Shown here: piece after piece, positions 11,092 to 20,769 of the stretch
Position numbering within the stretch: position 1 is the first letter of the stretch
Layout of the letters: the number at the start of each line of letters is the position of its first letter
Assembly (NCBI GenBank): GCA_037139835.1
Contig: JBAXFQ010000001.1
Span: forward strand, 12,780-76,779
From: Candidatus Nomurabacteria bacterium
GTDB taxonomy: Bacteria > Patescibacteriota > Minisyncoccia > Phycocordibacterales > UBA9973
DNA: 64,000 bases
Direction: 5' to 3'
The notes under the pieces: model-generated
What the model was told of the DNA's origin: nothing
Database searches by the model: none
What the model saw: only the letters and a program-made list of their open reading frames with translations
Program-made: the position numbers and the translations under genes

Positions 11092-11766
11092 TTAGTGTGC
11101 AACTGCAATGCCTACGACTTTCTTAGCCCCAGATTTTTTCAAAACTTTTATCGCTTCGAGCATAGTTCCACCCGTTGTTGTTACATCATCTATAACAATA
11201 AGAGTTTTACCTTTTATCGATTCACTATTTTTTATTTCAAAAGCTCCTTTTATATTTTTTAATCTTTTATTTCTGTTTGTTAGCCTAGCTTGTGGTATTG
11301 TATTTAATTTTTTATATAAAATATTTGTTTTTAAAATAATGATATTATCATTTTTCGTACAGCAGAAGGCTCTAGCAATAATTTCAGACTGATTATATCC
11401 TCTTTTATTGTATTTGTTTTTAGATATTGGTATTGGTATGACAAATATAGGTGATCCTTTTGAAAATGTTTTTATTGAATCAATTTCTTCTAGCATTGAT
11501 TCATATAGCATCTCTCCAAATTTTTTACCCAAGTAGGGAGAGTGATGGTATTTTAATTTCCATATAGCTTTTTTTATCAGAGGATCTCTGTAGTCATAAA
11601 GTGCTATTATATTTTCCTCTGTTTGTCTTTCTGCCAATTTCAGACTATCTATACAATTTGAACATATTATTTCGCCTCTGATATTGCACCCAATACATCT
11701 CGAAGGGAATAGGATTCCGAGGATTAGATTCAAACTTCTTCTCAATGTATATATTGTCTTTTCCAC
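11092..11766 (-). CDS. comF: ComF-family competence protein (zinc ribbon + PRTase)
   Basis: LFP.RCIGC..ICSNC, RGYNQSE, IDDVTTTGGT. Confidence 0.9.
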   Translation of the reverse strand: MEKTIYTLRRSLNLILGILFPSRCIGCNIRGEIICSNCIDSLKLAERQTEENIIALYDYRDPLIKKAIWKLKYHHSPYLGKKFGEMLYESMLEEIDSIKTFSKGSPIFVIPIPISKNKYNKRGYNQSEIIARAFCCTKNDNIIILKTNILYKKLNTIPQARLTNRNKRLKNIKGAFEIKNSESIKGKTLIVIDDVTTTGGTMLEAIKVLKKSGAKKVVGIAVAH

Positions 11767-11810
11767 TTCTTAATTTTACAATATATATGTTATACTGGAT
11801 AGTAATTAAT

Positions 11811-12959
11811 ATGGATAAATCACTAAAGAATGTAATATCATCTGGACTAGCCAGCCTCTCTGAGATATTTTCCTCTGATAAATCTACGAAGAGCGTTTTG
11901 GGTATAGATATTGGTTCTTCTGCTATAAAAGTTGTCCAACTAAAAAAGAAAAATGGAAAAGCCGTCCTAGAGACTTATGGTGCTATTTCACTTGGTCCTT
12001 ATGGTAATACAGACATAGGTTCAGTGACTAACTTAAAAACAGAAGATATCGTTCGAGCTCTACTTGATGTTATGAAAGAATCAAATGTAACTGTTAAGAC
12101 AGGTATTTTAGCTATCCCTTCTTCTTCTAGTTTGATTTTTACAATTTCTCTTCCAGACAAGATTACTGAGGACAAGCTTTCAAGTGTAGTCCCTCTAGAA
12201 GCTCGTAAATATATCCCAGTTCCCATTACAGAAGTTTCTTTGGATTGGTTTGTTCTTCCAAAGGAGGCTGATTCGTCTGAGATAAACATAATGAATAATA
12301 CTGTTGCTCAAAAAATACCTGATCCCAAGACAGAAGTTCTAGTTGTTGCTATCCACAACGATATACTTGGACGCTATCAAGAAATCCTTAAAGATACAGA
12401 TATACATTCCGATTCATTTGAAATGGAAATATTTAGTAATATAAGAGCTTCTTTTTCTCATGATTTGGCTCCAGTCTTACTTATGGACTTTGGTGCTTCT
12501 AAGACCAAGCTTTCCATCATAGAAGAAGGAGTTGTTCACGTCTTCCATGTTGTAAACAGGGGAGGAGCAGATATTACAAAAAATATTGTCAGCTCTATGG
12601 GTATATCTTTTGCAGAAGCAGAAAAGTTAAAGAGATCTATTGGTCTAGATGCAAATAGTAATCCAGAAGTCGCAGATATCATAAGATTGTCTGTTGATTA
12701 TATCTTATCAGATACAAATAGTGTTGTGTTTGCATACCAGAAGAAGTATAATAAAAACATCAGCAAAGTTATTCTTACTGGCGGAGGCTCTCTCACGAAA
12801 GGATTGATAGAAAGAGCCGTTTCTAATTTTCACACAGAAGTAATTTACAGTAATCCTTTTTCAAAAACAGAAGCTCCAGCATTTTTACTTCCAATTCTAG
12901 AAATTAGTGGACCAGAATTTAGTGTTGCTGTTGGTTTGGCCTTGAGACAATTATTTTAA
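11811..12959 (+). CDS. pilM: Type IV pilus assembly protein PilM
   Basis: GIDIGSSAIKVV, EARKYIPVP, DFGAS, ILTGGGS, VAVGLALR; ATG 11811 preferred. Confidence 0.93.
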   Translation: MDKSLKNVISSGLASLSEIFSSDKSTKSVLGIDIGSSAIKVVQLKKKNGKAVLETYGAISLGPYGNTDIGSVTNLKTEDIVRALLDVMKESNVTVKTGILAIPSSSSLIFTISLPDKITEDKLSSVVPLEARKYIPVPITEVSLDWFVLPKEADSSEINIMNNTVAQKIPDPKTEVLVVAIHNDILGRYQEILKDTDIHSDSFEMEIFSNIRASFSHDLAPVLLMDFGASKTKLSIIEEGVVHVFHVVNRGGADITKNIVSSMGISFAEAEKLKRSIGLDANSNPEVADIIRLSVDYILSDTNSVVFAYQKKYNKNISKVILTGGGSLTKGLIERAVSNFHTEVIYSNPFSKTEAPAFLLPILEISGPEFSVAVGLALRQLF

Positions 12960-12962
12960 ATT

Positions 12963-13631
12963 ATGGAGAATTCATTTCAAACATCGTTCATCCCTAAAAA
13001 GCCCATAGTGGCTAATAGTTCTGCATCTAATTCTGACAATAGTATAAGTATTACTATGGTTGTTTCTATTTTTATTTTGGTAGTAATGCTTGCTGCGACA
13101 GGAGGCTTGTATTTGTATAAGAATTATTTACAAAATAACAAAGCAGTGTTATCTGGAAACTTAAAAAAAATCAAGGATAGTTTTGACAAGAATACAATTG
13201 CCAACCTTGAAACGTATGATAAAACTTCTAGTGTTGCTAAACAGATATTAGAAAATCATATAGTATTATCTCCTTTATTTGAATTAATAAATGAGCTAAC
13301 ACTTTCTTCTATTCAATATACAAAGTTCGACCACAAGGTAGTCAACGGGGTATTTTCTGTAAATATGTCAGGTATAGCTCGTGATTATAAATCAATCGCT
13401 CTTCAGGCTGATGTTTTTAGCACTCCTAAAGGCCGTATGTTTCAAAATGTTATTTTTTCTAATTTAACAAAAGACAAGAATAATAATGTAACTTTTAACG
13501 TAGAATTTGATGTAGATCGTGCCTTACTTTCATATTCGAACAATATAACCAATGGCAACATAAAGACTTCAGCAAACAATACACCCTCGATAGACCAGCC
13601 AGCACAACAGGTAACTAATAATCCACAATAA
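12963..13631 (+). CDS. pilN: PilN-like protein
   Basis: TSFIPK N-terminal motif, single TM, position after pilM. Confidence 0.7.
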   Translation: MENSFQTSFIPKKPIVANSSASNSDNSISITMVVSIFILVVMLAATGGLYLYKNYLQNNKAVLSGNLKKIKDSFDKNTIANLETYDKTSSVAKQILENHIVLSPLFELINELTLSSIQYTKFDHKVVNGVFSVNMSGIARDYKSIALQADVFSTPKGRMFQNVIFSNLTKDKNNNVTFNVEFDVDRALLSYSNNITNGNIKTSANNTPSIDQPAQQVTNNPQ

Positions 13632-13636
13632 TTATT

Positions 13637-14224
13637 ATGAAAATAATCATTCCAATTTTATTTATAGTTATAGCGGTCCTAGCTTTTATTTTCGGTGTGA
13701 ATCCGTGGTATAATGACGTTAATGCTCTAAGAGCTGAAATATTAGATTATAATACAGCACTAAATAATTCTGCTGAATTACTAAAAGCTGAAGATTCTTT
13801 GATTGGTACATATAATGGCATAAAACAATCAGACAAAGATCGTTTGAGTAGTTTAATCCCTAGTTCAGTAAATAATATCCAATTTATCCTTGAAGTGGAA
13901 CGCATTGCAAATCTTCATAACATGCCGATAAAAGATTTGAAGTTTGAGGCTAGCAGACAAACATCATCAGGAGGGGCTGTCGTCGCTCAAGTTGGGCCAG
14001 ATGATAAACCTTATGGAGTTTTTCCTTTAGAATTTAGCACCGAAGGTACTTATGATACATTTGTTCTTTTCTTAAAAGACCTCGAGTATAATTTGAGATT
14101 AGTTGATGTTAAGTCTATATCATTTACAGTTCCTACTGTGGATCCGTCAGTAAAAATTACAGATGGTTTAGATCCAAACGTATATAAATATTCAGTTAAA
14201 GTAGAGACTTATTGGCTTAAATAA
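13637..14224 (+). CDS. pilO: PilO-like protein
   Basis: N-terminal TM, coiled coil, GTYDTFVLFLKDLEYNLRLVDV. Confidence 0.8.
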   Translation: MKIIIPILFIVIAVLAFIFGVNPWYNDVNALRAEILDYNTALNNSAELLKAEDSLIGTYNGIKQSDKDRLSSLIPSSVNNIQFILEVERIANLHNMPIKDLKFEASRQTSSGGAVVAQVGPDDKPYGVFPLEFSTEGTYDTFVLFLKDLEYNLRLVDVKSISFTVPTVDPSVKITDGLDPNVYKYSVKVETYWLK

Positions 14225-14226
14225 TT

Positions 14227-14871
14227 ATGCATAGAAAATACAATAAATTTTTAATAGTTTCACTTGTTGCTGTAGTAATACTAGGGGTTTATTCATATTT
14301 TTATAATGATTTAAAGTCAGAGGCTGCAGCCGGAGATAATGCTCTAACGTCTTCTTTGAATCCTACTGGCTCTCCTGTTGCGACAAGTACTAGTGGAACT
14401 TCAACTTTCAGTGAAGATTCAGCATTTTTGTTAAAATTAAATTCTCTAAAGAAGATAAAGATAGATGTTTCTATTTTTGATAGCCAGGCATTTAAGCTTT
14501 TAGTTAGTAATACCATAAAACTTGATCCAGTACCTTACGGAAGAATAAATCCTTTTTCTCCTACAGATAAACCAGTCGTAACCAATAAAGTAACTTATAC
14601 ATTGAAGACTAATCCCGTTTCTGCCTTAACAGCCAAGTCGGCAGTATTAAATGGATCACTAGAAGGTGCTGTTTCAAATAATATATATTTTGAATACGGC
14701 TTAGTGGAACCATTAGATAAAATGACACCTAAGGTCACTCCGTCTTCTATCGGTAGTTTTGCTTCGAATATAATTTCACTTACTCCAAAGACTACTTACC
14801 TATATCGTGCTGTTGCAAATATAAATGGTGCTCTTGTTTATGGAGATATAATTTCATTTAATACAAATTAA
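14227..14871 (+). CDS. Pilus-associated protein (PilP position) with C-terminal Fn3-like domain
   Basis: N-terminal TM, GRINPF motif, LTPKTTYLYRAVA. Confidence 0.6.
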   Translation: MHRKYNKFLIVSLVAVVILGVYSYFYNDLKSEAAAGDNALTSSLNPTGSPVATSTSGTSTFSEDSAFLLKLNSLKKIKIDVSIFDSQAFKLLVSNTIKLDPVPYGRINPFSPTDKPVVTNKVTYTLKTNPVSALTAKSAVLNGSLEGAVSNNIYFEYGLVEPLDKMTPKVTPSSIGSFASNIISLTPKTTYLYRAVANINGALVYGDIISFNTN

Positions 14872-14874
14872 AAT

Positions 14875-16605
14875 ATGATATTACTAGAAGAATTAGTAAA
14901 ACATGGTCTTCTAACAGAAGATCAAGTACCTGAAATTGTAAAATCATCAGAAGAAAAATATGATGGTGATATAGAGCAGGCCTTAGTAAATTTCGGTATA
15001 AACGAGGATTCTATTCTTGAATTGAAAGGGTCAGTTTTTAATATACCAATTAAAAAAGTTGATCTAGGGCTTGTTACATCTTCTATTCTTAAAATAATTC
15101 CAGTAGAGACTACAAAGACTTATCATTTTGTTCCTATTGGAATTACAAATAATGTTCTTGAGATAGGTATTATTGATCCTGAAAACGTGCAAGCTATAGA
15201 TGTTTTGACATTTATTACGGCAAAGTTGGATAAGCCTTTTAAATTATATTTAATTAGTAGTTCTGTATATAGAAAATTATTAGAGAAATATGACGCACTT
15301 AGCAGTGAAGTCGATATGGCTCTTTCAGAGCTAGATCAAGAGATAGCTAATGCAGGAAGTGATAAATCAAAAGATAAAGAAAAAGCACTAAAACCCGGTG
15401 AGACCAGAGAAGAAGAAAAAATTACAGAAGATGCTCCTATAATAAAAATAGTTGCCGTTATCTTGAGACATGCTGTCGAGGGTAATGCTTCAGATATACA
15501 TATAGAGCATGTAGGGGATAGGATAAAAGTACGTTTCCGTGTTGACGGAATTCTTCATACATCTCTCACTCTTCCTGTTGCCGTCTACAATGGAGTAATT
15601 GCTCGTATTAAAATATTGGCCAAGTTAAGATTAGATGAGAAACGTAAACCACAAGATGGTGGCTTCTCTACAAAAATGGAAGGCCGAAAGATAGACTATC
15701 GTGTCTCCACAATGCCATCTTATTATGGTGAGAAGATAGTTATGCGTATTCTTGATTCACAGAGAGGTGTGAAGCCTTTGAATGATTTAGACATGTCTCC
15801 TTCAAATCTAGCTTTAGTTCGTGAAGCCTTAGACAAACCATACGGACTTATCTTGATAACTGGCCCTACTGGTTCTGGTAAAACGACGACTTTGAATTCG
15901 ATGATAAGTGAACTAGATCATGAAAAAGAAAATATAGTCACACTGGAAGATCCTGTTGAGTATCACATTGATGGTGTAAACCAGTCACAAGTCGCCCCAG
16001 AGATAGGATATACTTTTGCTTCGGGTTTACGTTCTATTTTAAGACAAGACCCAGATGTAATCATGGTGGGAGAGATCCGTGATAAAGAGACAGCTGAGCT
16101 CGCTATTCAAGCTGCTCTTACTGGTCACTTAGTATTTTCTACACTCCACACCAATAGTTCTGTCGGTGCTATCCCTCGTTTGATAGATATGGGAATCGAT
16201 CCATACTTGATAGCTCCTACTCTAATCCTTTGTATGGCTCAACGTTTAGCTCGTAAAATACAGGTAAATTCTAAACAAGAAATCCCAATAGATGAAGCGA
16301 AAAGATTATTGATAGACAAGCATTTTGCGGATTTGCCTGCTGAATATAAGTCAAAGATAAATTTCAATACATCCGTTTTTGAAGCTATCTCAACTCCTGA
16401 ATGTCCATCAGGAATGCTCGGACGTGTTCCTGTTTATGAAATGTTCAAGATAGATAAAGAAATGCAAAAAATAATATTAAGTAAACCTCAAGAACAGGAT
16501 ATCTATGCACTTGCACGTTCAAGAGGTATGCTCACTATTCGCGAAGATGCGATTATTAAAAGTATGGAAGGCTTAATTCCTTTTAAAGAGATATATAACT
16601 TCTAG
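14875..16605 (+). CDS. pilB: Type IV pilus extension ATPase PilB/GspE
   Basis: ASDIHIE, GPTGSGKTTT, LRQDPDVIMVGEIRD, TGHLVFSTLHTN. Confidence 0.95.
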   Translation: MILLEELVKHGLLTEDQVPEIVKSSEEKYDGDIEQALVNFGINEDSILELKGSVFNIPIKKVDLGLVTSSILKIIPVETTKTYHFVPIGITNNVLEIGIIDPENVQAIDVLTFITAKLDKPFKLYLISSSVYRKLLEKYDALSSEVDMALSELDQEIANAGSDKSKDKEKALKPGETREEEKITEDAPIIKIVAVILRHAVEGNASDIHIEHVGDRIKVRFRVDGILHTSLTLPVAVYNGVIARIKILAKLRLDEKRKPQDGGFSTKMEGRKIDYRVSTMPSYYGEKIVMRILDSQRGVKPLNDLDMSPSNLALVREALDKPYGLILITGPTGSGKTTTLNSMISELDHEKENIVTLEDPVEYHIDGVNQSQVAPEIGYTFASGLRSILRQDPDVIMVGEIRDKETAELAIQAALTGHLVFSTLHTNSSVGAIPRLIDMGIDPYLIAPTLILCMAQRLARKIQVNSKQEIPIDEAKRLLIDKHFADLPAEYKSKINFNTSVFEAISTPECPSGMLGRVPVYEMFKIDKEMQKIILSKPQEQDIYALARSRGMLTIREDAIIKSMEGLIPFKEIYNF

Positions 16606-16642
16606 TAGGAAAAGTATTGTAATTGTATTATAATATATTGGT

Positions 16643-17032
16643 ATGGATCAAAGTAAAAAAATTCTAATTATAGATGATGATAGTTTTCTTTTGGATATGT
16701 ATGCATTAAAATTTACTAAATCAAATTTTGATGTTACTGCGGCGTTGGGTCCAGAAATTGCCTTAGAAAAACTACATTTAGGTTTAAAGCCAGATGTAAT
16801 ACTGCTTGATATTGTAATGCCAGTTATGGATGGATTTGAATTGCTTGAGAAAATGAAAGAAGAAAGCTTATCTCAGGATTCCATCAAGATTATTCTTTCA
16901 AATAGAGGTCAAGCTTCTGATATTGCTAGAGGAGAATCTCTCGGAGCAGCTGGATATATAGTAAAAGCTTCAAGTACTCCAACAGAAGTTTTAGAAAAAG
17001 TTAAAAGTATTATTAATGAGAAAAAAATATAA
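16643..17032 (+). CDS. Single-domain response regulator in the pil operon
   Basis: ILIIDDD, LLDIVMPVMDG. Confidence 0.9.
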   Translation: MDQSKKILIIDDDSFLLDMYALKFTKSNFDVTAALGPEIALEKLHLGLKPDVILLDIVMPVMDGFELLEKMKEESLSQDSIKIILSNRGQASDIARGESLGAAGYIVKASSTPTEVLEKVKSIINEKKI

Positions 17033-17034
17033 AT

Positions 17035-18093
17035 ATGGATTACAATAAATTTTTAGATGAAATATTAACAAGTTTAATTCACGAAGATGGATCAGACTTA
17101 CATCTCGGGGTAGGGCGTAAGCCAGCTATCCGTATCAATGGTCAGCTTGTTTTTCTAACAAATAAAGAGAACCTAAAGAGTGAAGATATGATTAGTATCC
17201 TAAGTATTATTCTTGGTAAAGAAAAAACTGAAAAATTCTTGGAAGATAAAGAAGTAGACTTCTCTTTTGCTTTCAAGGGGTTAGCACATTTGCGAGGCAA
17301 TGCTTATTTTCAGAGGAGTGGCATCTGTATTGCATTAAGACTTGTCCCCAAGGCTAAGAGTTTTGAAGATTTAAATCTTCCAGGTGTCCTTAAAACTTTT
17401 GCTATGAACAAGCAAGGATTTTTCCTTGTAGTTGGACCAGTAGGTCAAGGTAAGTCTACAACTCTTTCGACCATGATAAATTTTATAAATAAAGAAAGTA
17501 CAACTCATATAATAACTATTGAAGACCCTATAGAGCATGTATATACACAAGAAAGGTCTATTATAGATCAACGTGAAATAGGTCTAGATACAAAAGATTT
17601 CCCTGTAGCTTTAAAGTCCGCTTTTCGTGAAGACGTCAATGTGATCCTTATCGGTGAGATGCGTAACAATGAGACTATCTCTGCGGCAGTTACAGCTGCC
17701 GAGACTGGGCACTTGGTATTCTCAACGCTACATACGAACAATGCCCCCCAGACTATCGATCGTATCATCGACTCTTTCCCCGCTAATCAGCAGGATCAGA
17801 TAAGACTTCAACTCGCTTCTAGTTTGCTCGGTATTTTATCTCAGCGTCTTATCCCTCGTATTACAGGAGGACGTATACCTGCATTTGAATTACTTATAAA
17901 CAATAATGCTGTTTCAAATCTTATCAGAGAAAAGAGAACACACGAGATAAATACAGTCATAGAGACATCTTCAGAGCAGGGTATGATAGATATGAATCGG
18001 TATTTGATAGAATTAGTAGCTAAAGGAGAAATTTCTCTTGAAAGTGCTTATCAATATTCATTTAATCCAAAGGCACTTGAGAGAATGCTATAA
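17035..18093 (+). CDS. pilT: Pilus retraction ATPase PilT
   Basis: SDLHL, GPVGQGKSTT, AAETGHLVFSTLHT, NLIRE. Confidence 0.95.
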   Translation: MDYNKFLDEILTSLIHEDGSDLHLGVGRKPAIRINGQLVFLTNKENLKSEDMISILSIILGKEKTEKFLEDKEVDFSFAFKGLAHLRGNAYFQRSGICIALRLVPKAKSFEDLNLPGVLKTFAMNKQGFFLVVGPVGQGKSTTLSTMINFINKESTTHIITIEDPIEHVYTQERSIIDQREIGLDTKDFPVALKSAFREDVNVILIGEMRNNETISAAVTAAETGHLVFSTLHTNNAPQTIDRIIDSFPANQQDQIRLQLASSLLGILSQRLIPRITGGRIPAFELLINNNAVSNLIREKRTHEINTVIETSSEQGMIDMNRYLIELVAKGEISLESAYQYSFNPKALERML

Positions 18094-18098
18094 AATAT

Positions 18099-19304
18099 AT
18101 GATATTTAAATATGAAGCCATAACAAGTACAGGGGAGAAAAAAGTTGGGTCTATAGATGCTTCATCTAAAGATTCAGCTGTAGCAGCTATTCAACGTAGA
18201 GGGTTGATAGTCTCTTCTATACAAGAAGAAGGTATTAAAAATGGAATATTTAAATTATCCTTTTTCCAAAAAAGAATAAAAATGAAAGATGTTGTGATCA
18301 TGTCACGACAGATTTCTACTTTATTTGAAGCTCAAGTCTCAGCCTTGAAAGCTTTTCATCTACTCGCTTCAAATACAGAAAATCCTGCCTTGATCAAGGT
18401 CTTGAGTACTATCTCTTCAGATATAGAATCAGGTATCTCTATCTCAGAAGCTCTTTCCCGCCATCCAGATGTCTTCTCAGTTTTCTATGTAAACATGGTA
18501 AAAGCAGGTGAAGAATCCGGTAAGCTGACTCAGACCTTTTCTTATTTGGCTGAATATTTAGATAGACAGTATCAGCTAACTTCAAAGACAAAGAACGCTC
18601 TTATTTATCCTAGTTTCGTTATTGGAGTCTTCTTTGTAGTTATGATACTCATGTTCGTTTTTATTGTTCCTAGACTAGCTGCTATCATCAAAGATTCAGG
18701 TCAAGCCATACCATTTTCTACTAAAATCGTTTTCGCTTTAAGTGACTTACTTATCAATTACGGTTTATTTGTATTTATCGGAGTTTGTATTTTTGCTTTC
18801 TATTTATATAGGATGAGTAAGTCTGAGTCAGGAATGAAATACTTAGACAGAGTAAAGATTTCTATCCCTGTAATGAAAAATATTTTCATCAAGCTTTATC
18901 TTTCTAGAATTGCAGATAATCTAGATACATTACTTTCTTCTGGTGTTACTATTATTCGTTCGATGGAGCTTACTTCCGTTATTGTAGGGAATAGAGTCTA
19001 TGAAGATATTTTAAAAGATGCGACAGAGAAAGTGAAGAGTGGTAGTTCTCTATCTGAGGCTTTTGGTTCTTATCCAGAGATACCTCCTATCATGGTAGGT
19101 ATGATACACGTCGGAGAAGAGACAGGTTCTCTCGGAAATATCTTGAAAACATTGGGTAAATTTTACAATCGTGAAGTAAATGAAGCAGTCGATACTATGG
19201 TCTCTCTAATCGAGCCGATGATGATCGTTGCCCTCGGTCTTGGAGTTGGACTTCTTCTCACCTCTGTTCTCATGCCAATCTACAATATTGCAGGAGGAAT
19301 ATAA
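18099..19304 (+). CDS. pilC: Pilus platform protein PilC/GspF
   Basis: Two GspF repeats (GEESGKL, GEETGSL), LIEPMMI. Confidence 0.95.
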   Translation: MIFKYEAITSTGEKKVGSIDASSKDSAVAAIQRRGLIVSSIQEEGIKNGIFKLSFFQKRIKMKDVVIMSRQISTLFEAQVSALKAFHLLASNTENPALIKVLSTISSDIESGISISEALSRHPDVFSVFYVNMVKAGEESGKLTQTFSYLAEYLDRQYQLTSKTKNALIYPSFVIGVFFVVMILMFVFIVPRLAAIIKDSGQAIPFSTKIVFALSDLLINYGLFVFIGVCIFAFYLYRMSKSESGMKYLDRVKISIPVMKNIFIKLYLSRIADNLDTLLSSGVTIIRSMELTSVIVGNRVYEDILKDATEKVKSGSSLSEAFGSYPEIPPIMVGMIHVGEETGSLGNILKTLGKFYNREVNEAVDTMVSLIEPMMIVALGLGVGLLLTSVLMPIYNIAGGI

Positions 19305-19347
19305 GAATAATTGAGAATTAATAATTATTAATTAATAATTTAAACTC

Positions 19348-19377
19348 AAAAATACGTCGGCTCTGCCGACGTATTTT
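19348..19377 (+). terminator. Intrinsic terminator
   Basis: AAAATACGTCGGC-TCT-GCCGACGTATTTT. Confidence 0.8.
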
Positions 19378-19557
19378 GTATTTATTATTAATACTATTCG
19401 CTAGAAACTAATCACTGATTATTAATCACTAACCCTTACTTGTCCACAGTCTATAAGTATTGTGCTTTTAATAATCTTATATGATATAATACATATATTA
19501 AAAAGTTAGGTCGCGTCTTTCATAAAAAAAGACAAATTATTAATTTAAATTTTAATC

Positions 19558-20067
19558 ATGAATAAAAATAAAGGTTTTACGCTTATTGAACTTTTGGTTG
19601 TTATTGCAATCATCGGTATCCTAGCTTCGGTCGTGTTGGCTTCTCTTTCTGGAGCAAGAACAAAAGCAAAGATAGCTGCAGTTCAATCAACATTAGCTTC
19701 AGCAAGAGCTCAAGCAGAGATTGGAATGGTAAATGGTAAATATATTCCAGATATTTGTCACTCAGGTTCAACGGGTTCTCTTAAGTTATTAATTGATTCT
19801 TTGAATAAAGTATCTTCTAAAGTTACTGAAATTAGATGTGGTTCTGATGCATCAGATTCATCAGGTTGGGCCAATAAATGGGCATTGGAAGCAGTAGTTG
19901 ATGGTAAATATTATTGTGCTGATAGTTCTGGATATTCTGGTCTTTCTGGTACGATTGGGTCAACTAGTGCTATCAGTCCAGCTTCAGTCACTATAAGTTC
20001 AAGCTCAGCTAATTCAATAACGGGTACTTATTCTTCTACTTCAGTAGACCTATCTTGTGCTTCTTAG
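19558..20067 (+). CDS. Type IV major pilin 1
   Basis: KG/FTLIELLVVIAIIGIL class III signal; C-terminal cysteines. Confidence 0.92.
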   Translation: MNKNKGFTLIELLVVIAIIGILASVVLASLSGARTKAKIAAVQSTLASARAQAEIGMVNGKYIPDICHSGSTGSLKLLIDSLNKVSSKVTEIRCGSDASDSSGWANKWALEAVVDGKYYCADSSGYSGLSGTIGSTSAISPASVTISSSSANSITGTYSSTSVDLSCAS

Positions 20068-20105
20068 TTTTTTTTGCAGTAAATTATTAATTAATTTTAA
20101 AAATA

Positions 20106-20606
20106 ATGAATAAAAATAAAGGTTTTACACTTATTGAACTCTTAGTTGTTATTGCAATCATCGGTATTCTAGCTTCGGTCGTATTAGCTTCACTTTCTTC
20201 TGCTCGTGATAAAGGGAAGGACGCAGCCGTGAAGTCTCAGCTCGCAAGTATGAAGGCTCAGGCAGAATTGTTTTTTGCTAAAAGTGAAACATATGCTAAT
20301 GTTTGTGGTGATTCTCAAGTCAATAATGGCTTTGGAGGGGCATCAGGTCCAGGACTATTGTCTGCAGCTCATGCTTCGTCTGGTTCAGCAACTCCAGGGT
20401 CTACCGGTGTTGCGATAAATAATATATCATCAGCTCAAGTTTCTACTCAGACTGTTTGTAATGATTCAGATTCTGCTTGGGCAGTATCAGTGCCTTTAGC
20501 CACAAGTAGTTCTGGCTCACCATCTTATTACTGTTCTGATAATACTGGTTTATCAAAGGAAACTACTGTTCCTTTAGATAGCAAGACTGATTACGTTTGT
20601 AATTAA
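20106..20606 (+). CDS. Type IV major pilin 2
   Basis: Same prepilin N-terminus; four cysteines, YYCSD..G. Confidence 0.92.
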   Translation: MNKNKGFTLIELLVVIAIIGILASVVLASLSSARDKGKDAAVKSQLASMKAQAELFFAKSETYANVCGDSQVNNGFGGASGPGLLSAAHASSGSATPGSTGVAINNISSAQVSTQTVCNDSDSAWAVSVPLATSSSGSPSYYCSDNTGLSKETTVPLDSKTDYVCN

Positions 20607-20622
20607 TTTATAGAGTATCTCT

Positions 20623-20655
20623 AAAAACCAATCCACTCTATCGGATTGGTTTTTT
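20623..20655 (+). terminator. Intrinsic terminator after pilins
   Basis: AAAAACCAATCC..GGATTGGTTTTTT. Confidence 0.75.
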
Positions 20656-20769
20656 GTTTGGTTGTGTGATAAAATAGTTAAAATAATATATTGATTTCAT
20701 TATTTTTTTGTTTTTTCAGATTTTACCAACAACAAATATTTTACTTAAAGAATTTATTAATTTTAATTT

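Noticed and set aside
10777-11262. 161 aa ORF on the + strand
   Set aside because: Antisense overlap with two real genes across a low-complexity AT-rich spacer
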